Positions 54,030-64,000 of a stretch of 64,000 nucleotides of DNA are shown one piece after another (within the stretch, counting starts at the first letter, position 1; the number at the start of each line of letters is the position of its first letter). Source of the DNA: Octopus sinensis (lineage: Eukaryota); assembly GCF_006345805.1 (NCBI RefSeq), contig NC_043003.1, forward strand, positions 27,280,001-27,344,000. Reading direction: 5' to 3'. The position numbers were made by a program, and so were the translations under genes. The notes beneath the pieces are model-generated. The model saw only the letters and a program-made list of their open reading frames with translations, had not been told where the DNA came from and searched no databases.

Positions 54030-54460
54030 ATCATCATCATCGTTTAGTGTCCGTTTTATATGCTGGCATGGGTTGGACGGTTTGAATGGGGGCCGGCAAG
54101 CCAGTAGGCTGCACCAGGCTCCAATCTGATCTGGCAAGGTTTCTACAGCTGGATGCCCTTCCTAACGCCGACCACTCCGAGGGAGTAGTGGGTGTTTTTT
54201 TACGTACCACCAGCATAGAAGCCAGTCTGGCGGCACTGGCATCGACCACGTTCAAATGGTGTTTTTTATGTGCCATTAGCACAGGAGCCAGTCGGGGAGA
54301 CTATCATCGGCCACGTTCGCAGAGTTTTCTACGTGTCACTGGCACAGGGAGACAATCAGGCGGCACTGGCATCGACCCACGCTTGAATGATGCTTATTAC
54401 GTGCCACCAACACAGGTGTCAGTCAGGTGGCTCTGGCATCGACCACAATTACAATTTCGA
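54030..54460 (-). mobile_element. RTE-type 3' end or associated SINE with (GAT)n tail
   Basis: GGATGCCCTTCCTAACGCC block, internal GTGCCACCGGCAC-like repeats; short fragment at ~49390. Confidence 0.5.
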
Positions 54461-55016
54461 TTTTGGATTTTCATTCGATTTTTGATTGATTTTACTTGAC
54501 TCAATAGGTCTTCTCAGAGTAAACCAATTCATACGGACCATCCTCACTACTCACCCTCCTTTCAAGAAAAATACCGGGTGAGGAGGTGCGTAGGATTTCC
54601 CCCTCTCTTACTCTCCTTTTCAAGCGAAACTTTAAAAAGTCGAAGAACGAATTAAATAATACACGTTATAAATTTTATCGCAACACGTTGACGTCCCTTG
54701 TATATAAGTTTATGCAGAGTAGCCTCCCCTGTCACCCCATTTTCAAATTTAACTTTATTCATGCTACATTAAATAAGGCAGTAACCGACTGGAAATTTTT
54801 AAAACAGAGATAAAAGCTATTATTAGGAATATATATATATTGGTAAAAACGGTAAGAAAACAAAAGAAAGAAAGAGACATCAATATTATGTAAATAGAGG
54901 AAATTTATCTGTAAAATATGTGACAATTATTCAATAGCCAAGATAAAACTCTGGATGCCGAGGTGGAAATCCACAACACCATCACTCTTTATATAATATA
55001 TATATAAATATATATG

Positions 55017-55058
<42 letters not shown>

Positions 55059-55339
55059 CATACATACATATATATATGTATATATACATATATACATATA
55101 TATATGTATATATACATATATATATGTATATATATACATATATATACATACATACATATATATATGTATATATATACATATATATATGTATACATATACA
55201 TATATATATGTATACATATACATATATATATATGTATATATATAAATGGAGTTGAACGAAGATGTTAACAAAATTCCTTTACTCTCGACATATGTTTCGA
55301 AAACAACATGGTTTTATTCAAAGAAATAAACGGTGTAAG

Positions 55340-56030
55340 ATGCAATCTTTATAAATATATTACTAAATTATTTTTTTTAGTTATCTTAAATATCATAAGT
55401 TGTATCGGAAACAGTTTCTTGCTTTTCTGAAACATTTTATAATTAAAAAATAAACTGTGTCCTTGTGATATGAAAAGCGAAGCGTCCTCTGTTTTTAGAA
55501 AATATGAAAATAGAATTTTACTTAGAGTCAACACTATACTAAAAGTAGCAGTCAAATCTGCATTGTTTTTTTAAAAAAGGGGGAAGGACACATTAAATAA
55601 TATGATCCTAATGGAAACATTTTTGCTCGTAGATCTGCTTTCTCAGGACTGGATCCCAATTATTAAATATAAGAAACGGTGAAGACGTATATTTTGAGTG
55701 CCAAAAGAGTTGTCTCTGTGTTTATTGGTTTTTAGACAAACAGCTAGTAATTTCGCTTAGGCCTGTATCATTTAGAAAGTAAAAGAAACAGTAACATGGT
55801 GTTAAAGGCATAACAACAGTTCAGTGCTTCACCCTGACTATTTTCTTTATGTGTTTCTTAATAATACATATTTTTTTAATGAAACCTTGTAACGACGCCT
55901 TTTCAAAGGTGAAGATGACAATTCTCAGCTTTCACATGAGGCAGCCCGTGTTCGATTCGCAGCATGGAAAGTTATTTATAGGTACAGCATGATTAAACGG
56001 TTAAGAAGCTCATTTTGCAAATCTGAGAAG
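55340..56030 (+). repeat. ~700-bp repeat, copy 1
   Basis: Colinear with 60676-61350, roughly 80% identity by eye. Confidence 0.85.
55921..55968 (+). pseudogene. Degenerate tRNA-Glu(TTC)-like 3' two-thirds
   Basis: CTCAG-CT-TTC-AC-ATGAG anticodon arm, GCAGCCCGTGTTCGATTC T-arm; more decayed copy at 61247-61293. Confidence 0.5.
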
Positions 56031-56778
56031 AATTTTGGATCGCCTTCTTGTTCATCCTCTCAGCGATTATTACAACCAATTTTCACTTTTGGACTTTTGG
56101 AAAACGCATTTCCGCAAAATACCATTTAAAATTATGCCGTTCAAAGACAGCTACGAAGAAAGAAAGTTGGTAGAGAGTGGGAATGAATGGTCAGAATTTC
56201 ATTCAAAAGCAATATTTTTTAAATCTCAGTTTCATCGTAATCAATTCTCTCAAAAATATATCTCTGAAAAATTGTATGAAAAAGAAACATACATTCCTCA
56301 GAAAGTTATCTAGAAACAAATTCTATTGAAACATTAAACCAAAAGAAAACATTGAGTAGACTCCTAACAATAATACCGAACTAGTCAACCATTGAAGGAT
56401 GCATTCACAAAAGATCAGCTACTCCCAACTCAGTCATAGACCAACTTCCTGTCATAAAGTGATAACAAAGCTGATAGAAAATAAGTTAAAGTGGTACTCC
56501 ACCATGGCTGCAGTCCTATGACTGAAACCTCCCAATTACATGGTTCTGGGTTCAGTCCCGCTGCATAACACCTTCGGGTCAAGCAAAGCCATCTCAGTGA
56601 ATTTGGTAGAGAGAAATGAAGCCCTAAGATATGATACTTTTGCTCGATATCTGAAATGTGAAAGATCTTGTACATTCAGTATTATAATAGAGTTGAGTTT
56701 GTGGGTTAATGGCAGCAATGGTATAGTTATGCACTGGGATAATAGGAGTGGTTGGTGCTGTGTGAGAGCTAGAAGTAT

Positions 56779-57178
56779 TTGGCAGACACCCATAAAATTA
56801 TTAACCATCTTACAAACAATAACTCAGAGCACCTTTTCAAACTCCACCTGTCTAACACCCATAGACATGTTTACAAAGTCAGAAAGCAGCACAGCTCCCA
56901 TGACTTTCAGAAACATTTTTTCACGCTAAGAGTTGCTGAAGTATGGAACAAACTGCCGGCATCAGTTGTTAGTTGTCGGAGCACTGCATCCTCCAAAACT
57001 TCCTGAGATTCGCCAACACTACACTTGATTTTCTCCCCTCCATACACACGCAAGCATGTATCTGACTCATACACTGTTCACTTTCCAGACATTTGTACAT
57101 TACTGCATATGCTTTATACGCACTTTTGACAAGTTGTGGTGCACCTGAGCACTGTATACAATAATTTCATTATTATTT
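56779..57178 (+). mobile_element. CR1-type LINE 3' end
   Basis: HVYKVRKQHSSHDFQKHFFTLRVAEVWNKLPASVV, followed by a 3' UTR and (ATT)n. Confidence 0.8.
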
Positions 57179-58606
57179 TACTATTTTTTTGCCCGATTCA
57201 TAATGACCAAAACAGAATTCTTTTGTTTTGGGAGGGGTTGTTGTCTGGAGTTGATAGGGTTGCACTGTTGAATATGGCATTAGTATATGATTTGCGGCTG
57301 TTGATTTTATAGTAGATATCTGGTTGACTTCTGAGTTTTGATGAAAGTCTGAACCAACACTGCCACTATAAGAGATGTCTTTCCTGTGGATCTGGTGGTG
57401 GTTTGAAGCCGTGATTTTACTAGTGCATCGAGTCCCTAGAGGATGAGTAAATGGGAATAGGAAAAAGTTTAGGATTCCGGGTTACATGTGCAGAAGTTAT
57501 TAAGTGTGATTTAACATTTAATAGTGGTGTTGTTAAGCTGTGTGGTTTGACATTGGCTGGTATTGTTTGTATGAATTGTGCATCTTGTCCAAAGTAAATG
57601 GGTGAAGCTACAGTCACTGCACATGCATGGTCTCTCATGTTGAGAATAGCTGCATATTTGGGGTTCATAATTTTACTTTATTTAAAGTTAGCAAATTTAT
57701 CGTAGAGTGGGAAGGTATAGATTCAGATTGAGGTGGATAGTGGTGGGGGTGTGGTTCTTCACTAATTGGAGTAGTAGCAGTAGAATAAGATGACAATGGT
57801 GCTGATAGATCTCTTGTGTTATTCTGAGAAGAATTTGAATGGCCTGACAGTAGAGAAGAGCTAGAGATTGTGCTGTTTAATAATAGGTCATCAATTGTTC
57901 TAGTATTGAAGAGTGACTGCCAATACTGATCTTATTGTTTAGTTGTGGTAAGGGTAATAGCAGTAGAACATAATGACAACGATGGATCACTTGTGGTATT
58001 TCAAGGAAATGAGAAAGTGGATAACTACACAGTGAAGGGCTCTTGATTGTGGAGTTTAATAGTTTATCAATTGTGGTAGTATTGAGGAGTGGCCGTGGTT
58101 GTTATATTATAATTCAATTTTTTAATGTTATATTTGTAGGGATTTTCTTTTGAATTTATTTTTTCTAAGCCTGGGAAAGGTAAGTAGGGGGTTCAATACT
58201 GAAATTTGTACCCCACAAAATTTCAAGAGGTGCATCACTTGTTCCTGAGCCCTTGTGTGTGACACGTTTTGGCCATTATTTCTAGGAATTGAGTGACCAT
58301 ATTATAGTTGTTTTGTAATTTTGCATGTTAATCTATGCACCAAATCTCCATCTTAAATGTTTCTGAGCAGCATAAGCTGGGTTAGAGAGTAGAGGCCAGT
58401 AGTAAACTGGCACTTTACAATAATGACCCCGAAAATATGAGAAGTAAAGTTCCCCCTCATTGATATTTGAATGAAAACTCGTCATAGTCAGGTTATTTGA
58501 CATGATAGTCACCAAACACAAAAATGTGAGTCTGTAAATAAACCCCTCAGAGAAGAGAGGTAATTAATTGTCTGTTTTTGGATTAATTTTATCTCCCTAG
58601 TGGGAG

Positions 58607-58792
58607 ATGGGCTGAATCCTGGAAGTACTGCTATACCAGGCCAACCCGTGGCAAAGGCGGAGCAAGCCCCTAACTCTTCGCCTCGTTCTAAAAATCAGTT
58701 TAATATCGATGGTCCCAAATAGGGACCGTATCAGATATTAAGCTGAGAACATATACTACACTTTGATCTTAGCCAAAAGGCCGAGAAGCGAT
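58607..58792 (-). ncRNA. RNU2: U2 snRNA, near full length, variant or pseudogene
   Basis: ATCGCTTCTCGGCCTTTTGGCTAAGATCAAAGTGTAGTA start, stem IIb GGTCCC/GGGACC, Sm site ATTTTTAG, stem IV CCTGG/CCAGG; 3-nt deletion in stem IIa. Confidence 0.95.
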
Positions 58793-60420
58793 AACGAAAT
58801 CTTTATTATAGGCACGATGGCCCAAAAAATAGAGGGGACGATACAAAAACGGGACGTGGGGTACATAGAATAAAATAAAATATGTATAATGAATTATATG
58901 GAATGTTTACAAGGCCCCCAAAACTCGTAAAATCATTTAAAATACAGTTCTGTTATACTGGGCGTTCATCTGTAATGTAATCTAATATTTCTTCCTGCTC
59001 TATTATTGCAGGCAAACCGTCATATCGAACATATTGCATTATACAAACAGTTGAAAATACACTTTTCAATTTTAAAAATGTCTCTTTTTCTATTATCGCC
59101 GACTTTACTTTATCATCAAATATTTCTGGGTTTAGCCTAACTCTTATTAACCCTTTCTTACCTGCCAGTCTTTTTTCTATTTCTTTATCTTTCATGTATA
59201 AAATTACTACCTTGAGATTATTTCCTACTGGTCTTCTTCCTTCTTTACATGCTTTTAACTTCTCTGACACTTTCCTTTTCCATTTTTGGTCTATCGATGA
59301 ATGTTCCGGTTCTATCTCTATCTCTTTTATTCTCTTATCTTCGTACATACTATCATCCTTTTCCTCTATAGTCTTATTTTTCGTTTTTTGAGCTGTAGTT
59401 GGTGATTCCACCCTCGCTCTTTTTCTATCTTCTTTTCCATCTGTTTTTTTCTTTTTCTTTATCCAACTCTTCACCACTTTCTGTGTTTACACATTCTACC
59501 TTTTCCGTTTGCACTATATCTGTCTTGTTGTTCAATGTTCTAGTCGGACATGCATCTTTCATGTGACCTCTTATTTTGCACTTGTAGCACACTGGTGGTC
59601 TCCCCTCCACCATGACTCTCAGTAGAGTCTCATCGGGGAAAACTAACTCCTCTGGGATTTTATACAGATCAGGTATGGTTATATGAATCAATACCTGCAC
59701 TGCATAACCCCACCATTGTACATCTTTGGATTTTTTAACATTTAAAATTTCTACATTTTCTTTGCAGTTAAAAACAACTGCTGCTAATATTCTTTCCATT
59801 TTTAGTTCTGGTGAAATTTTACTAATTCTTATTCTAACTGCTCTTTTCCCACGATAACTAGGTAATAATATCCATTTTTCTGATTTTAATATTTGCATAG
59901 CGTTCTTCGCTTTTAAAATGGACGACAACTGTTGCATATTTTCTACCTCTGTTATAGAAGGTAGGTTCTCCTTCAAGTTTCTGCAGACAACATTCAATCT
60001 CCGCAATTTCTGCCAATTCTATTTTCTTTGAATCTACCTTCCATGTTCGGTATGTTATTATACGTTTTTCAGCTTCTTTAGCTTCTTCTTCAGGTGGTGT
60101 AATCCTTACACAATCACCTTCTCTTTTTAAGCTGTCGAAGTAATTCTTTAAAATATCATTTTCTATTGTGACGTCTTCCAACTGTATTTCGTTTGTAGTT
60201 AATTCCTTGCTTGCCGCTCTTGCGTATGTTTGGGTTTGCATTTTGTGAAGAAGAAAAATTCCTCAACACCGCAAACACTTCCAATAAATCATTCGAACTC
60301 TCACCACCGCCACTCAATATTAACGTAATCAATTCTCCGACACCAAAATAAGCAAAGCAAGGCCGGAAACACGTGCTCATAGAGGTATCTATACACACTT
60401 CACTTTTGTACACTGACTGA
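58793..60420 (-). mobile_element. ORF1-only Tx1/L1-like non-autonomous retroelement abutting U2
   Basis: TCAGTCAG 5' start, ~180-nt 5' UTR, gag-like ORF, 160-nt 3' UTR ending AATAAAG; no EN or RT. Confidence 0.65.
58953..60241 (-). pseudogene. Gag-like ORF1 (~430 aa) with CCHC zinc knuckle, two frameshifts
   Basis: QTYARAAS N-terminus, PSYRGKRAVRIRI, VEGRPPV-CYKCKIRGHMKDAC (CX2CX4HX4C), K/E-rich C-terminus; three overlapping ORFs. Confidence 0.8.
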
Positions 60421-60675
60421 TTTAGCATTAATATTATTCGTATATATTTTATTAGTTCTTCTATGTATTGTAATATCCTTTATTTTATTTCACATTAGCT
60501 GTTTTATTTAATCCTTTCACTCTGAGAGTTTTACTATTTCTATTTTTTCTTATGATATTATCCTAAACGTAATCTGTAATTATGTTAATTTGATAATAAA
60601 GGTGAATGGAAAATACGAATTACGACGGTCAGGTGCGTAATGTCCACGTGACTATTCTCACCACTCTTTATAAAA

Positions 60676-61350
60676 ATTTTACTAAATTAATTATTTTTTT
60701 AGTTATCATAAATCTCATAAGTCGTATCGGAAACATTTTCTTGCTTTTCTGATATATTTTATAATTTAAAAAAATAATAAACTTCGCCCTTGTGATATGA
60801 AAAATGAAGCATTCTCTTTCCTTACGGAGTTGTCCCTCCTAATTGTGAGTCAATACTATGTGGTTATTCAAACCGCTAAAAGTAGCAGTCAAATCTGCAT
60901 TGTGTTAAAGAAAAGAAAAAAAGGATACATTAAATAATCTGATCCTAATAGAAACATTTTTGCTCGTAGATCAGCTTTCACAGGACTGGCATTAAATGTA
61001 AGAAACGTTGAAGACGTATATTTTGAGTACCAAAAGAGTTGTCTCTGTGTTTATTGGTTTTTAAACAAACAGCTAGTAATTTCGCATAGGCTTATATCAT
61101 TTAGAAAGTAAAAGAAATAATAACATGGAGTTAAAGGCATCACAACAGTTCAGTGCTTCACCTCGACTTAGTTTCGTCTTGTGTTTCTTAGTATATATTT
61201 TTTAATGAAATCTTGTAACGACACGTTTGCAAAGGAGCAAATGAAGGTTCATGGCTTTCTCACGAGGCGGTCCGTGCTCGATTCGTAGCATGAAAACTTG
61301 TTTATAATAGGTTCAGTGTGATCAAACTGTTAAGAAGGTCGTTTCGTAAA
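60676..61350 (+). repeat. ~700-bp repeat, copy 2
   Basis: Colinear with 55340-56030. Confidence 0.85.
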
Positions 61351-61791
61351 CCTGAGAACTCAGTTTCAATTTCGCTACATTGTTGCTTGAGCAAGTATCA
61401 TTGTTGGTACAACTTTCTAGAAAATGCTTATATTTCTGGGACAAACGTTCCCCCACCCCATCCCCGCTCTAACAACCCGTTTTAAATTTTTTTTCGACAC
61501 AACCACTCTCCCTCCCTCACTTTCGGCTTCGGGCAATACAAATCCGTAAAAAAATTGGCGGTTCTTTACCTTTTGACCGACAGATTTAAAAAATATTTTT
61601 TGTAACTAAATACTTTCAAACTTCGTATACTTGTAGAATCTGTCACATAAAACATATTTTACTCTTGGCGTTGTTCAGAAAATTCTGTCTTTTGGAAGTT
61701 ATTTTTTGTAAAATTTGTTGTTGACAAACAACTGCAGTAATTTTATTCAGCTGAATACACATCATTGATCGGTTGAAATTACCGAAATACA

Positions 61792-61846
<55 letters not shown>

Positions 61847-62030
61847 ATGCATATATGTGTATATATATATATGTTAATATAAATGTATATATATATGTGC
61901 ACATATATATGTATACATACAGTTATATATATTTATGTTTGTATTTGTATGTATATATGTATATTTATGTCTATGTATATATATATGTTTATATATACTT
62001 TATTTTAAGCAGCAGAAAATTCAACAAAAT

Positions 62031-62068
62031 CTGTTACTCTGAGTTTCTCGTTGCCGTTCATCAGACAG
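62031..62068 (-). ncRNA. Very compact type I hammerhead-like motif
   Basis: CTGT-CTGATGA-ACG(GCAA)CGA-GAAA-CTC(A)GAG-TA-ACAG. Confidence 0.55.
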
Positions 62069-63114
62069 TTTTTGCTAGAATGGAACCGATATATCAATTC
62101 AATCTAGACTCTTACAAACGCTACACCTTTAAAAAGAAATGGACTTGTTTGATTGGCCCTTTAGAAAAAACGGTCAATCTTCGAGCGATAAACAAAAAGG
62201 TCAAAAATATATGTATATATATATAAAAAACTTATAAAAATTATAAAATGCGAGGAAAAAACCTTACATTGAATAAAATACATATTGACTTTAATGAAGA
62301 AAGTATAAATTAATGCATAGAAATTAAACCTGTTATAAATATTACACTGCAATACATATTTATATTAAAATGTACATATATATATCAACATACACAAAAG
62401 GATGCGCGCAAACGCCATACATATACAGACGTATGAATATAAATCTAAATATACACATAAATGCATGTGTACATATATTCACACAAAACATCTCGTACGC
62501 AAGTTAAAAATCATCTATGTAGCGATTCTCATATACTGAGTAAGGGGGGGGGACGAAAGAAAGGAAGAGAGAGAAAAAGGAACGAAGGAGAGGTGGGGGA
62601 AAAACGAAATAAGAAAAAATTATGTATACAAGCTGTGTAACGGCATTATTGGCATATATGGAGACAAGTATACAAACACAAATTCGAATGGATACATATA
62701 CATACAGTCGTGTATATGTGTGCTTAAGCACAAACATACTCTCACTTACACATACACAGATACGCATGCTTACAAATACATATCCTTGGCTATACACATA
62801 CTTATATCAACATTCTAATTTTGACAACATTGCTTTTTTTTAAAAAATGGGTGCATTAATAAAAATATATACGAAAGACATATAAAATAAAATATAACAC
62901 CCTATTTTGGATCATTTATAAATAATCAAGGTAATCCTATACAATACAATAACATGAAAACAAGGTCGAAGGTTTTTCCTAATGTATATGTGGAAACATA
63001 AGACTTTGCTATACGGATTAAGATCCGCATAGCTTGGAAACAAAATCCATCGTAGCGCTCATATATATATATATATATATGTCTACATATATATATATGT
63101 GTATATCTATATGT

Positions 63115-63525
63115 ATGAAGGTGTATGGCTTAGTGGTTAGGGGCATTCGGCTCATGATCGTAAGGTCGTAAGTTCAATTCCCAGACTCGCGTTGTGTCCT
63201 TGACACTTTATTTCATGTTGCTCCATGTTAACCAATCAATTGCCTCTAGTGAGCTAAAATCATTTGCTGCGTCTAAAACTGAGACAACATCCTGTCACTA
63301 ACCCTAACCCTCACCCTCACCCTAAATTTTAGTATTTCGAGTAGTACCTGTATTTCAAAGGGCCAGCCTTGTCACGCACTGTCTTATGCTGAATTTCCCC
63401 AAGAACTACGTTAAGGGTACACGTTTTTGTGGAGTGCTCAGCCACTTGCACGTTAATTTCATGAGCAAGCTGTTCCATTGATTGGATCAGCTGGGACCCT
63501 CTGTCATAGCAACTGACAGAGTGTT
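63115..63525 (+). mobile_element. tRNA-derived SINE, third family
   Basis: GGCTTAGTGGTTAGG head; GTGGAGTGCTCAGCCACTTGCACGTTAATTTC body. Confidence 0.65.
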
Positions 63526-63834
63526 CCTATATCTATATGTATATATATATAATATATATATATCCTCTGTCTTCCCTTCTCGGGATCTTTCCTTCTCCTT
63601 TGTTTCCGATGAAGACCTCCGCTCGAAACGTTAAACCCTCCTTCCCTTCTTTCCTGAGCGTCAAATAATACTTTAATTGTTCCACGTCCTCGCGTTGCTG
63701 TGTTTTTTTCTGTGTTTTCTTGTTTGGATTAACTATATATATATATGTGTGTTTGTGTGTGTATATCTATATGCATATATAGATATGTGTGTGCGTGTGT
63801 GTGTGTATATATGTGCATATATATATATGTTTTG

Positions 63835-63890
<56 letters not shown>

Positions 63891-63925
63891 GTTTTGTATG
63901 TATATATATATATATGTTTTGTATG

Positions 63926-63958
<33 letters not shown>

Positions 63959-64000
63959 ACATATATATATATGTATATATATATGTACGTATATGTATAC

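Noticed and set aside
58740-58792. Classical Keno/Utopia insertion into U2
   Set aside because: The U2 5' region is continuous and no U2 fragment lies at the element's other end (60420)
58953-60241. Retroviral or LTR gag, or an intact host zinc-knuckle gene
   Set aside because: No LTRs, PBS, protease or introns; two frameshifts; the 3' tail is LINE/SINE-type

Overview
Repeat-saturated, AT- and microsatellite-rich animal DNA with no recognisable host protein-coding exon. The SINE and LINE families suggest an octopus genome (inference). Contents: decayed R4/Dong-type and Tx1/L1-type non-LTR retrotransposons, several Penelope-like elements, mariner/maT transposons, Helitron remnants, a solo LTR and many tRNA-derived SINEs. 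Almost all listed ORFs are microsatellite artefacts or transposon fragments. Two things stand out. (1) A near-full-length U2 snRNA sequence (58607-58792, minus) is directly abutted at its 5' end by a 1.6-kb ORF1-only, zinc-knuckle, Tx1-like element with a LINE-type 3' tail. (2) There are about 16 minimal type I hammerhead-ribozyme-like motifs. Four lie in a ~560-bp tandem/fold-back array (25615-27872), and three carry a U3-A8 covariant core. All structures were read by eye; no folding or database search was run.
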